DNA of 64,000 nt from an archaeon (GTDB lineage Archaea > Nanobdellota > Nanobdellia > Woesearchaeales > GW2011-AR9), in contig JABHQR010000023.1 of the NCBI GenBank assembly GCA_018696395.1, positions 15,180-79,179 of the forward strand. Reading direction: 5' to 3'. Positions 21,467 to 31,925 of the stretch are shown here, piece by piece. The notes under the pieces are model-generated. The model was not told where the DNA came from and made no database searches. It saw nothing but the letters and a program-made list of their open reading frames with translations. The stretch's first letter is position 1; every line of letters begins with the position of its first letter. Position numbers and translations under genes: made by a program.

Positions 21467-22416
21467 CCACCTCCAACAAGTTCAAAAGAACCAAACATTA
21501 ACCTAAGTTCATCATCATAAGCCCCAGACTTAATCATACGTTGAACTTCTTCACACCAAGAGGTCATACTCTTATGTTTATCTTCTAAAGTTTCTCCACA
21601 CGAGATAGATTCATTAAGGTATTGGAAGAACAACTTCTTTGAAGCGCCAAAACCAATCGGAAAAACAGAATCACCATATTCTTCTAAAACAGTACAATAG
21701 TTAGATACTAATTCTTCAGTTTCTTGTAATAAAAACATTTCATTATAATCAATTTCATACTTTAATTCTTCATCTTTTAACTCACGTAAATAATGATTAT
21801 TAAAATCAGTCAATTTGTTGAATTCATGATGTTCAATGAATCCAATTTCAGAATTAAATTTAGATCTTGGTTGCATGAATCCAGGTAATTTAATCAAATA
21901 ACTTTTAAAAATATCTTCAAATGAACTATTATTTTCTAAAAAAGAACATGACCTATTAAAAAGTGGATGATCTTTAAAATCTCTTAAGTAATCAAAAAGA
22001 TCAAGTAAAATATCACCTCTTTTTTCATTAGCTAAATTTTTAATTGTCCAAAATAAACTTCTATCCATTTCATCATTTTCTAAACACAAATGTGTTTTAG
22101 CATAATCATCAAATATATACATTAAATCATTAGATAAAAAAGAGTTTACCCTTGTAGCACCCATGATAAATTTAATTCCACTTATTTCAACACAAGAAGA
22201 ATAGAAACCACATAATTTCTTTATTTCATCATGATTTTTATTTTTAGTCACAGATTTCCTTAAGCTAAGAAAAATTTCACCAGGGACAACATTTTTTTCA
22301 TTCCTCCTAATATCTTTACATTTGGTAATAAAAGAATGATATGAATCTAACACTGAATTTAAAGTAGAAGTTCCTAACTCTTCGAAAGTTTCAATCATCA
22401 GATTTTCTAAATTCAT
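21457..22416 (-). CDS. Array family member, subfamily A
   Basis: C-terminus 'ISCGETLEDKHKSMTSWCEEVQRMIKSGAYDDELRLMFGSFELVGGGWR'. Also 'KLPGFMQPRSKFN'. Confidence 0.8.
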   Translation of the reverse strand: MNLENLMIETFEELGTSTLNSVLDSYHSFITKCKDIRRNEKNVVPGEIFLSLRKSVTKNKNHDEIKKLCGFYSSCVEISGIKFIMGATRVNSFLSNDLMYIFDDYAKTHLCLENDEMDRSLFWTIKNLANEKRGDILLDLFDYLRDFKDHPLFNRSCSFLENNSSFEDIFKSYLIKLPGFMQPRSKFNSEIGFIEHHEFNKLTDFNNHYLRELKDEELKYEIDYNEMFLLQETEELVSNYCTVLEEYGDSVFPIGFGASKKLFFQYLNESISCGETLEDKHKSMTSWCEEVQRMIKSGAYDDELRLMFGSFELVGGGWR

Positions 22417-23657
22417 TTTTCATTATCCCCACTTAAAATTTCAAAATAATCTAAAAACTGTTCTGGATTTTTTTTAATCAAACCATAAAGGTTATTTGAC
22501 CATTGAATTAATAATGATTTCTTTTCTTTAATTTTATTACCATAAGAGATTGTTTTATTCATTGCAGAAACAAAATAATTTTCAAGATCATCTTCAACAT
22601 CTCTCTGATAATTTAGGTCATAATCTGTTTTATCAGCTTCAGCTTCACCTAAGATTAATATTTGATGTGCCAAACAATAACTCTTAACTAATTGTTTAAT
22701 CTCATTTGATGTTAATGAATCTCTTAACACAGTATCACCAAAATTATATTTAAGATGACTAATATATTTTACTAAATCATCCCCCTCTAAACCTGTAGGA
22801 TAATTGTTCTGATTCAAAAATTTAATTTCTTTATTCCAATGTTTCTTTTCTAAATGAGTATACAAATAAACCACTTGATCAAAATTACTTTTACCAACAA
22901 ATTTCTTAAATGTTTTAACCCCACTTTGATGTTCAAGAAGTTTTTTTCTGAACTGAAAATATCTTTGACGAGGATTTTTTATTTCAGACCTATCCTTAGC
23001 AATTTTGGATAATTGGTCCATATTTCTAATAAAATAACTTATAATTACCCCATGAGATAATTTACATTCAGTTGAACCTAATAATTTAAACAAATCTTTA
23101 TCTTCATTTTCTAACAATTTCTTTGTTGGATAAGCACCCCTAGCATTCCAGATAGAAACACATGTATTAACCAATAAGTCTTTGTAATGAGGATTTTTTA
23201 ATCCAACAATATTATGCTTAATGTAGTGTGATTGTAAATAATCAATAAGACTTTCTTTATCTGTACCATATAATTTATCAGAATTACCATAATTAAATCT
23301 ATTAAATGTAAGATAAATTTTATCGAAAACCGGAGAAAGAGTATAACTATCCAATAAATCATGATATTTTTCAAACAGAATAGGTGAAGATGATTTGAAC
23401 ATTTCAAAAGAATTTAGTAACGCTTGCAGATCATTACTTTTCACACATAATCTTGATAAGCTAAGAGCCATTGGTCTTTCTGTACTAAATCTCCTAGCCA
23501 AGTTAGAATGGATTAAATTAACAACTGCAGCTTCTAATCCTTGACCCCTACTTTTCTCTAAAGCATTTTCAAAAGTATCAATAGTTAATTTGGAATTATA
23601 CCTAACATGCTCTCCAACCCAAGTTTTACAATAATTGATTTTATGTTCTAATCCCAT
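22413..23657 (-). CDS. Array family member, 414 aa
   Basis: C-terminus 'ISYGNKIKEKKSLLIQWSNNLYGLIKKNPEQF'. Confidence 0.7.
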   Translation of the reverse strand: MGLEHKINYCKTWVGEHVRYNSKLTIDTFENALEKSRGQGLEAAVVNLIHSNLARRFSTERPMALSLSRLCVKSNDLQALLNSFEMFKSSSPILFEKYHDLLDSYTLSPVFDKIYLTFNRFNYGNSDKLYGTDKESLIDYLQSHYIKHNIVGLKNPHYKDLLVNTCVSIWNARGAYPTKKLLENEDKDLFKLLGSTECKLSHGVIISYFIRNMDQLSKIAKDRSEIKNPRQRYFQFRKKLLEHQSGVKTFKKFVGKSNFDQVVYLYTHLEKKHWNKEIKFLNQNNYPTGLEGDDLVKYISHLKYNFGDTVLRDSLTSNEIKQLVKSYCLAHQILILGEAEADKTDYDLNYQRDVEDDLENYFVSAMNKTISYGNKIKEKKSLLIQWSNNLYGLIKKNPEQFLDYFEILSGDNEK

Positions 23658-23658
23658 T

Positions 23659-25269
23659 TTATTTTCCTAACATTGAATATAATATACCTTCATTAGATTG
23701 TTTTATAATTGAATCATAAACTTGATTACACCATTGATTAATGTTGCTTCTTTTCTCTGGAACATTATCACCTAATTCAATAACACTGTTTAAATTAGAA
23801 AAAAATGATTTAGAATAACCTCTTAAAAAATCAGTGTAATTTAGTACAGAATCAGAGTGAAATATCAAATTATTATATCCTAAACGATAGGTTTTGGTTA
23901 AATTACTAATATCTTTGATATTTAAGATTCTCCTGAACTCAATATCATTGATATTAGGAAATATTGTGTTAGAATAATCTAAAATAAGAGAATAATTATT
24001 TTCAACAAGATCTTGTTTATTTAAAGAATTTACAACACCTAAAAGGTTATCTGGAAAAAAACCTAAGTTATAATAACCATGCTTTGAATCGTGTAGAAAG
24101 ATAGTTAAAGATTCATCTACGTGTTTACTTCCAGGAATCTTATTAAGTACAAGAATAAGCTCCCTATAGTTCTTACGTAACTTTTTCATTTCCTCATCAG
24201 AAATAATCATTGATGATATTCTTAAATCATCTTTACTAGACCTTTCAGAATATTTATTATAATTCTTTTCAATTTGTTCAAACAGTAAATATAAAGTATC
24301 AACATTGTTCTTAGAAAAAACAATATTGTCTTGTAAGTAAGATTGTAAAAAATTATTTGTAGTTTCATTACAATAAGTTAACTTCTTTACTTTTTCTGCT
24401 GTACTCAATAAAGAGTGAATATTACGTGGATATTTAATTTTATCAGCAATTATTGTGCTTGAAGGATCAAATTCTTCCAAACTTCTTTGAATTGCTTTTT
24501 TATAATAATCAACTAACTGGTTCAAAGTTCGATTATCTGAACTAGTAAAGAAAGAGCCAGTTATATATTTATGAAGATCCTTTCTTCTAAGACCATCTAG
24601 AATAAAAATATTTTTTAGATAATAAGTAAAATTATCAAAATTAAAATCAGGTTCTTTAGCTAAATGATTTATCCTTCTTTTACCAAAAGAGTAAAGATAA
24701 TCCACATTAGAACTGTTAGAAAGCTCAGATAAGAGGTTAAACTTATTATCATCAAAATTATTTCTTAATTTTGTTAATTCTTTAGCAATCGCATTTACCT
24801 GAATATCAAAACTAAATTTGGAATATTTATTGATATTATCAAAAATGTCCAATACTGGAAAAACATATTCTGGCAAGTCAAGAACAAATTTTTCAATAAC
24901 ATCTAAACAGTAAGAGATACTTAAAGGATTTTGATCATTTGATGCAACATTTAACATGGTACTTGCCACCCTAGGCAAAAGGTCAGAATCTTCTTTAACA
25001 TTATCAATTAATTCTAAGAACCAAAAATTAAACCTTTCATCATTCAAGATATAATTTTCAATGTTGTCCATTAACTGAACATTAAATTTATTGTCATAAT
25101 TTTCTAAGCAATAATCAGTAAGTTGATTAAATGATTGTAAAGACTTTTTTCTTCTAAGACTAAATATGTCAAACCAAGAACTATTTTTATGATAGATTAA
25201 ACCTTTAGTTTCCTGTACTTTATCTTCAATTGTTTGTTTAGTTTTTATTCTTATCATGTTGCTTAACAA
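23659..25269 (-). CDS. Array family member, 536 aa
   Basis: C-terminus 'ELGDNVPEKRSNINQWCNQVYDSIIKQ'. Confidence 0.7.
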   Translation of the reverse strand: MLSNMIRIKTKQTIEDKVQETKGLIYHKNSSWFDIFSLRRKKSLQSFNQLTDYCLENYDNKFNVQLMDNIENYILNDERFNFWFLELIDNVKEDSDLLPRVASTMLNVASNDQNPLSISYCLDVIEKFVLDLPEYVFPVLDIFDNINKYSKFSFDIQVNAIAKELTKLRNNFDDNKFNLLSELSNSSNVDYLYSFGKRRINHLAKEPDFNFDNFTYYLKNIFILDGLRRKDLHKYITGSFFTSSDNRTLNQLVDYYKKAIQRSLEEFDPSSTIIADKIKYPRNIHSLLSTAEKVKKLTYCNETTNNFLQSYLQDNIVFSKNNVDTLYLLFEQIEKNYNKYSERSSKDDLRISSMIISDEEMKKLRKNYRELILVLNKIPGSKHVDESLTIFLHDSKHGYYNLGFFPDNLLGVVNSLNKQDLVENNYSLILDYSNTIFPNINDIEFRRILNIKDISNLTKTYRLGYNNLIFHSDSVLNYTDFLRGYSKSFFSNLNSVIELGDNVPEKRSNINQWCNQVYDSIIKQSNEGILYSMLGK

Positions 25270-26588
25270 TAACCCCTCATTATTAATCTAAAGTCATCGT
25301 ACTGACCTTCTTTGATAAGTTTAGAAGCGTTTGAAGCAAATTCTAACAACATTCTTTTCTGAACAGAAACATTTTCAGCATTAGATTTTATTTCATTAAA
25401 TATATTTGAATATAATTCGCCTAAACTCACGTCACCCTTATCTAAAAATGCTTTTTTATTTTCATTAATTGAAATGTAATTCTTACAAAGATCATTAAAA
25501 GTCATTAATTTAAAATATTCATCCACAGAAAGAGATTGAAATATGTCAATATCTTTAAACAAACTACAAGTCATATAATTAAAAGATTTTACTCTATCCC
25601 GTCTTATTAAACAGGTACAATTTATGGCTTTCCCCAACCATTCATTTAATTTAACCTTATTTTCTTGTAAAGAATTATCTTCACTGATTACTTTATTCAA
25701 TGAACTAGACAAATTTTTCCTAAATAAACCTTTATATTCAAAGGGCATATTCTTATAATAATCCAAAAAAAAGTTCAAATTGTTCATCTCTTCCAAGTTT
25801 AGATTTAATCTAAATTTCTTGTTTTCGATTAAATTATAGTTTTTAAAATAAGAGGTAATAGTCTCTAAATCAAAATATTCATCAAAGTACTTTTTATCAT
25901 TATTTTCTACATAATCTATGACATCGCTAAAGGTAGTAGGATTTACATCTACAGCATTAAGTATATCAAAAGTAAAATAGAATTTATCTTGTTTAGTTTG
26001 ATCTGAAAAGTAATCCAAAACTTTCTTAACAGCTTTTTCTTCATTAAAACTATCAAAAGACTTTGGAGAAATAAATTTTTGTGATTTAACAACTGCGTTT
26101 AATAAATCCTTATCATAATGACCTTTTGGATCATTAAATTCATTAATTATAGCTAATCCTCTATCCAAGTAAGATAAAGAATCGTCACAATCCATTGAAG
26201 TTAATAATATTCTGATAGCAGTATCAATATTATTATTTAAATAAACTGAACTAGCTTTGACCCCATATTTGTAAATAAAAGTATCAATTATTTTCACCAT
26301 ATAATCAGATTTAGAATCATTATCATCATGAACCAATTTCCATAAAGTGAAATTAGTTCTCCTTTTTGCAACATACATTAAATTCACATGATCATTGGAT
26401 TCTATATGTCTCATTAAATTATGATAACGAGTATTATACTCACAATCAAAACCACTCATAACCTTGTCGTGGCCATTTAAGATAATTTCTAAGTTGGAAT
26501 CACCTTCCAGTAATTCTGCAATTTTATCTCTTCTCTGTTTGATTAAAGAATCTAATTCTCGAATATCCATGACTTTATCATTTCCCAT
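25263..26588 (-). CDS. Array family member, 441 aa, subfamily C
   Basis: C-terminus 'NVSVQKRMLLEFASNASKLIKEGQYDDFRLIMRGYC'. Confidence 0.7.
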   Translation of the reverse strand: MGNDKVMDIRELDSLIKQRRDKIAELLEGDSNLEIILNGHDKVMSGFDCEYNTRYHNLMRHIESNDHVNLMYVAKRRTNFTLWKLVHDDNDSKSDYMVKIIDTFIYKYGVKASSVYLNNNIDTAIRILLTSMDCDDSLSYLDRGLAIINEFNDPKGHYDKDLLNAVVKSQKFISPKSFDSFNEEKAVKKVLDYFSDQTKQDKFYFTFDILNAVDVNPTTFSDVIDYVENNDKKYFDEYFDLETITSYFKNYNLIENKKFRLNLNLEEMNNLNFFLDYYKNMPFEYKGLFRKNLSSSLNKVISEDNSLQENKVKLNEWLGKAINCTCLIRRDRVKSFNYMTCSLFKDIDIFQSLSVDEYFKLMTFNDLCKNYISINENKKAFLDKGDVSLGELYSNIFNEIKSNAENVSVQKRMLLEFASNASKLIKEGQYDDFRLIMRGYC

Positions 26589-26589
26589 C

Positions 26590-27228
26590 TTAACAATAAC
26601 CCCCTATTGCTAATCGGAAATCATCATACTTACCTTCTTTAAACAATCTAGTTGCGTCAGAAGTGAACCCTAATAATATTCTTTTTTGGATAGAAACATC
26701 TTCAGATAATGATTTAACCTCTTTGAGAATACCACAACACAACTCTTTCAAACCATCATAATGTTTAATATCATAACAAGAGGAATAAAAAGAATTAGAA
26801 TCATTATTTCCAGAAAGATAAATATTACAAAGTCTTTCAAATTTAATTAAGTTTAAATAATCATTTTTACTTAATAAATTAAAAAGGTCTATTTCTTTAA
26901 TTAATTCACAAGCCATAATATGCAGATTATCGTCATCATCATAATCAACAAAATTTAAACAGTATTTTGTTTTACCAATCCAATCAATTAATTTATTTTT
27001 ATCTTTAATCAAATCTTCATCATCATCAAAACAATCATCTAACACCCGTTTAAATGAATATATTAAAGAATCTTCAATATTCCATTTTGTTAATTTTGAA
27101 AAATTGTTATTAAAATTAAAGATATAATTTAAATCGTTTACTTTTTCTTCTAAATTATAATCTTCTTTAAGTAAATACTCAACAGACCTTCTTTTTCTCA
27201 AGAAATTTCTACTCATCTTACTGTACAC
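26590..27228 (-). CDS. Array family member, short (212 aa) paralog corresponding to the C-terminal half of 25263..26588
   Basis: C-terminus 'DVSIQKRILLGFTSDATRLFKEGKYDDFRLAIGGYC' aligns with the neighbour. The preceding 'ELIKEIDLFNLLSKNDYLNLIKFERLCNIY' aligns with 'LFKDIDIFQSLSVDEYFKLMTFNDLCKNY'. Confidence 0.65.
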   Translation of the reverse strand: MYSKMSRNFLRKRRSVEYLLKEDYNLEEKVNDLNYIFNFNNNFSKLTKWNIEDSLIYSFKRVLDDCFDDDEDLIKDKNKLIDWIGKTKYCLNFVDYDDDDNLHIMACELIKEIDLFNLLSKNDYLNLIKFERLCNIYLSGNNDSNSFYSSCYDIKHYDGLKELCCGILKEVKSLSEDVSIQKRILLGFTSDATRLFKEGKYDDFRLAIGGYC

Positions 27229-29839
27229 CCCTCAATTCACTGATAAAAGAATGAATATCAAAGTGATCTTCACGTACTAATTGGGAGATTCTTTTACAAT
27301 AATTAATCACACTATGTTTCTGAACTTCAATAGATTCATCTTTGTAATAATCTACAACTTCGTCCAGAGAAGAAATGAAAGATTGTTTAAGTTCTTTATT
27401 TAAGAATTCTCTTGTTTTAACAGAATTATGGCTTGGATTTGACTCTGGTTTTTGTAATAAAGTATTTTTTAAAAGATTATAAGTTCCAGTCAAAAGTTCA
27501 ATTTGAGAGATTTTAAGTGTTGGTTTAATCACATTGGACCAATCTTCAAAAGAGAAAATATATTCATTTACTAAACCAAAGTTTTCTTCACTTAATGAAA
27601 AATTGTTTTCAAATACATTAAAAAAGTCATCCAAACTCTTACCAATTCCTTTATCAAATCCAAGAACATAATTATTAACCTTAGGTAAGATATTATTATT
27701 GAAATCTTCTCGTGAAGCTAATTTTCTTAACCTATTTTCTAATACTGCAAACGAACTTAAATCACCAGTTCTAGTAAAATAACCAACTGTATGTTTAAAA
27801 GTTTTAATTAAATCACCATTATTGTCCGTCAAATCAAGAAGATCACAAATATTTGTGATAAGATATTCCTTATCATTAACAACTCTTCTTTCATCATAAA
27901 CAAATTCAGGGAGAAGTCTTCTATCTCCGACAACTTGAAAGAAAATTTTTCTAAAAGTATTCATTAAATGATAAAGCTTACTTTTATCTTTATCTCTATT
28001 ACTAACCTGATTAACTTGATTTAATTCTATATCTTCATCAGTTTCAATATTATTTAACTTTTCAATGACTCTTGGCATGGACAAATATTCTTCTAAAAAA
28101 GCAGGGATATTTTTATTGTATTTATGAGTAAAAAAATGGATTGCATTATTAACATATTTTAAATCTAATTCATTATTGTTATGTTTTTTATCAAGATAGG
28201 TTAATAGGTAATTTAAATTCAGACTATTTTCCTTAAATCCAGGTATAAAATAATTTACTTTCTCTAAAACATCATTAAAATCAGATCTTTCAGATAATTT
28301 TTCTAACAATTCTTTTAAAGATACAAATTTATGAAAATCCATTTCAAAACCACTATAATTCTGCAAATTCCAACCATCAAAAACATGTCTGAAAGTTGTA
28401 ACTAAACCAACATGATTATCAGTTAGATCAAAAAGATTACAAACACTACCTATTAAATATTCTTTACAATTAACTTTTTCACCATGTTCAGAATCTCTAT
28501 TTGAAACTAAAAGTTCTCTGTTTGGCATTGATAAAATATTACCAAAACAATTTATTAAATAAAATAAATTAGTTTTTATAGGATCATTTCTAATTACATG
28601 ATATCTCCCATTTTCACCCCTATCTTTATCTGCTTCAAAATGATTTAATTTATCAATAATTTCAGGGTTTGAGAAAAACAAATTTAAATCACAATCTTTT
28701 CCTTCAAGGTAACTATGGCGTTGGAACCTAACCATGTCATTAACATAATTTACATCTAAATTATTTATCCTATTGCTTTCATAAATAATAGACAAAAGTT
28801 TATTAAAATTGGATGTACCAAAAGAAGACACATTATAATTAATTCTTAAATTTTTAATAATTACATCAAAATCAGACATATCAAAATTATCCCCATCAAC
28901 ATAATCTCCGATAACCTCATTGAAGAAATCAAGTTTTTGAAGATGTTTTTCAATACCTTCTTCTGATGTTTCTACTCGAAAAGAGATTGAACTATTATAA
29001 AGCAAATCAGACAGATTTGTAGGGTTAGAAGTTAAAGGAATAAAGTTCAAAAAACCATGAGTTAACATACCTTTTATTTGAGTTTTCTTTTCATCAGAAA
29101 CATTTTCAAGTTCAAGATTAGAGATTAAGACGTATTGATTTAACATTTGTCCTAAGCTAACACTCAAATTGTCTTCCAAAGTAGAATTATCAATTAATTT
29201 ACATACATATTTTTCTAAAGTAATTCTTGGTTTTAAACCATAGCAATTAAGGGGTAATTTTCTAATTTTATTGAAAGTATGAAATAACCTTTCAAAAGAA
29301 ACATGATAATCAGAGATATTTTTAAAATAATTTACTACAAAATCTTGAGAAAAATAGTTAGTTAATCCGGTTGGTAAAGTTTCACCAGGTTCACTAACAG
29401 TACAATTTACAAAAGAGTTTTCTACCCCCTCTATAAATTTATAAAATAAATCATTTTCATTTTCACTATAATTGAAATAATGCTTAATCAATTCATTTCC
29501 TAAAACACAAGCTTGAAAATCGCCATATTCTTCAGAAAATAATCTTATGTATTTCTTATAATAATTTAATTTTGTTGTTGACCTACTTCCAACTGAATCT
29601 AAAATATCCAAAGTACTCTGCACACATTCATCAATAGCAACACCATAATTTCTTGGAAGATCCTCGGTTAGAATTTCACTTACAATCTTAAACTCGTCTT
29701 CAGTATAACCTTCAAAGATCCTACCAAAATTAGATTTAACATACTCTTGATACTCCCCTCTAACTTCTCCTTCTGAAGTACTTATGAGCAAGTACTGTTC
29801 TAAATTAGATTTAGCTCTAATTAGTTCATTATCAACCAT
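27218..29839 (-). CDS. Array family member, giant (873 aa), subfamily D, with an internal ~130-aa tandem module duplication
   Basis: Shares N-terminus 'NELIRAKSNLEQYLLISTSEGEVRGEYQEYV' and C-terminus 'KHSVINYCKRISQLVREDHFDIHSFISELRGVQ' with 29841..31943. The internal repeat is '...KEYLIGSVCNLFDLTDNHVGLVTTFRHV...' versus '...KEYLITNICDLLDLTDNNGDLIKTFKHT...'. Confidence 0.75.
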   Translation of the reverse strand: MVDNELIRAKSNLEQYLLISTSEGEVRGEYQEYVKSNFGRIFEGYTEDEFKIVSEILTEDLPRNYGVAIDECVQSTLDILDSVGSRSTTKLNYYKKYIRLFSEEYGDFQACVLGNELIKHYFNYSENENDLFYKFIEGVENSFVNCTVSEPGETLPTGLTNYFSQDFVVNYFKNISDYHVSFERLFHTFNKIRKLPLNCYGLKPRITLEKYVCKLIDNSTLEDNLSVSLGQMLNQYVLISNLELENVSDEKKTQIKGMLTHGFLNFIPLTSNPTNLSDLLYNSSISFRVETSEEGIEKHLQKLDFFNEVIGDYVDGDNFDMSDFDVIIKNLRINYNVSSFGTSNFNKLLSIIYESNRINNLDVNYVNDMVRFQRHSYLEGKDCDLNLFFSNPEIIDKLNHFEADKDRGENGRYHVIRNDPIKTNLFYLINCFGNILSMPNRELLVSNRDSEHGEKVNCKEYLIGSVCNLFDLTDNHVGLVTTFRHVFDGWNLQNYSGFEMDFHKFVSLKELLEKLSERSDFNDVLEKVNYFIPGFKENSLNLNYLLTYLDKKHNNNELDLKYVNNAIHFFTHKYNKNIPAFLEEYLSMPRVIEKLNNIETDEDIELNQVNQVSNRDKDKSKLYHLMNTFRKIFFQVVGDRRLLPEFVYDERRVVNDKEYLITNICDLLDLTDNNGDLIKTFKHTVGYFTRTGDLSSFAVLENRLRKLASREDFNNNILPKVNNYVLGFDKGIGKSLDDFFNVFENNFSLSEENFGLVNEYIFSFEDWSNVIKPTLKISQIELLTGTYNLLKNTLLQKPESNPSHNSVKTREFLNKELKQSFISSLDEVVDYYKDESIEVQKHSVINYCKRISQLVREDHFDIHSFISELRGVQ

Positions 29840-29840
29840 C

Positions 29841-31925
29841 TTACTGCACCCCCTCTTGACTTACAAAAGATAGAACGTCAAACTTATTTTCTTTTACTAA
29901 CCTAGAGATTTCATTACAATAATTAATTACTTCATGTTTTTTCACATTGATAGATTGATCACCACACAATGCGATAACTTCATCCAAAGATTTTTGAAAA
30001 GATCCTTTTAATTTACCTTTAAGAATCTCTCTTTTTCTTTTTACTTGATTAGCATGAGATATAGTTCTTGTAGGTTCTTCTTCTTGCAACATAGAATTTT
30101 CTAAAAGGCTATATGTTTCAACCATAACTCTTCTTTGATTTAAATTGAAATCATATATTAGGTCCGAATTCCAACCCAGATAAATCCCCATAAAATCAAA
30201 AAATTCGTCTAAGTTAAAATCATTTACAGATTTTGATCTTTTTAATATTTCAAAGAAAGATTTAATATTAAAACGATTATCTTTATTATTATTAATAATA
30301 AATTCATTTGTTTTAGGTAAAATCTCTGAATGATAATTACTTCTCTTAGATAAACTTAACAACTGATCTTTTAGAACTTGAAATTCACTTAAATGAAAAA
30401 GATTTCCATCTTGATTATAATCATAAATTATTTTATTAAAATTCTTAATCATTCTAAAAGAAGAATTGCTAAATAGATCAAATGTTTCTACCAAATCACA
30501 AACACAACTAACAAAATATTCTTTTATATCAAGTTCACCATTAGTAGAATCACTAATTAAAGAATTACGTTCTGGAATAGAAAATATACTCTCAAATGTT
30601 CTCAACAGATGGAATAAATGAGTGTATTTTTGATCAATCACTTCTGATTTTGAAGAGTTATCAAGTTCATACAATTTTAAAACTTTAATTACATTAGGCC
30701 TAGAAAGATAATTTTCTAACTTATTATCCCTTACCTTACTATCAAAAAAACCATGATATTTATGATAATTAAAATTAATTGAATCTTCTAAATAATTAAT
30801 GTTGATAGACCCATTAACGATTCCTTCATCAATAAAATTTAATGCTGCCCTAAAATTACCAAAATCATGAGTAGAACCATATGAAAAACACCTACCCAGA
30901 TTCCAAGTAAAGTTATTATAATCTAAATCTTTTGGCAAATTTTCAATAACATTATCAAATAAATTAACTGTGTATAAGAGATTTTTAGTTTTATTTTCAT
31001 CCTCGTTTAATTTTTTTAAGGAAAAATAAAATTTATTAAAGATAGAATTTAAATGATGGGGTGATTTATTCTTTGAAAGAGCTTTCAATAAACTTTTAGT
31101 TAAAAGTGATCTTAAATTAACAGATACAGGGGCCCCATCTAATTCATTTGAGGGCAATGAAAAATTCTCAGGTAAAGAAGCTGCCTGTTTATATTGTATC
31201 AATAACCCTTTAATTGACCTATATAATTGCCCATTTGACATCAATGAACCACTTTCTTTAATGAATTCACAAACATAATCTCCCATCACTTCCTTAGAGT
31301 TCACTCCATAGAAATCTTCTGGTATATTCATGAGATTAGAAAAGATAAGAAAAGAATCTATAAAACTTAAACGATATTTCCCACAATCAACTAAATATTT
31401 TCTTACATCTTTTTGAGAAAAATAATGTGTAGCCCCTAAAAGAAGATCCATTTTACTTAAGGGAGAATTTATTATCCTATCATTTTGAATATATTTAAAT
31501 TCATCTACAAATTCAGGAAAAATATCAGTATTAATGTAATGCTTAATCAATTCATTTCCTTGAATTAAAATATCATGACTTAAATTATCTTCAGTAAATA
31601 TTTTTGTATAAGTTTTTAATTTTTCTAGCTGATGGACATTAGGAATTCCTTTAATCAAATCAATGACTTCAAAAGTTGAAATCACACATTCATCAATAGC
31701 CGCAATACCATTAAGTTTAGGAAAATTTTCTGTAAAAAGATTTCCAACCACATTTAATTGTTCAATAGAATATCCTTCAAAGATCCTATTAAAGTTACTT
31801 CCAACATACTCTTGATACTTATCTCTAACCTCTCCCTCTGAAGTACAGATAAGCAAGTACTGTTCTAAATTAGATTTAGCTCTGATTAGTTCATTATTAA
31901 CTTTAGATAATTCTCTGCCAGGCAT
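29841..31925 (-). CDS. Array family member (about 694 aa from ATG 31925; track lists a GTG start at 31943), subfamily D, first gene of the array
   Basis: C-terminus 'KHEVINYCNEISRLVKENKFDVLSFVSQEGVQ'. One copy of the 'KEYFVSCVCDLVETFD' module. An ATG at 31925 is preceded by SD GGGAG and an upstream TATA-like box. Confidence 0.75.
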   Translation of the reverse strand: MPGRELSKVNNELIRAKSNLEQYLLICTSEGEVRDKYQEYVGSNFNRIFEGYSIEQLNVVGNLFTENFPKLNGIAAIDECVISTFEVIDLIKGIPNVHQLEKLKTYTKIFTEDNLSHDILIQGNELIKHYINTDIFPEFVDEFKYIQNDRIINSPLSKMDLLLGATHYFSQKDVRKYLVDCGKYRLSFIDSFLIFSNLMNIPEDFYGVNSKEVMGDYVCEFIKESGSLMSNGQLYRSIKGLLIQYKQAASLPENFSLPSNELDGAPVSVNLRSLLTKSLLKALSKNKSPHHLNSIFNKFYFSLKKLNEDENKTKNLLYTVNLFDNVIENLPKDLDYNNFTWNLGRCFSYGSTHDFGNFRAALNFIDEGIVNGSININYLEDSINFNYHKYHGFFDSKVRDNKLENYLSRPNVIKVLKLYELDNSSKSEVIDQKYTHLFHLLRTFESIFSIPERNSLISDSTNGELDIKEYFVSCVCDLVETFDLFSNSSFRMIKNFNKIIYDYNQDGNLFHLSEFQVLKDQLLSLSKRSNYHSEILPKTNEFIINNNKDNRFNIKSFFEILKRSKSVNDFNLDEFFDFMGIYLGWNSDLIYDFNLNQRRVMVETYSLLENSMLQEEEPTRTISHANQVKRKREILKGKLKGSFQKSLDEVIALCGDQSINVKKHEVINYCNEISRLVKENKFDVLSFVSQEGVQ

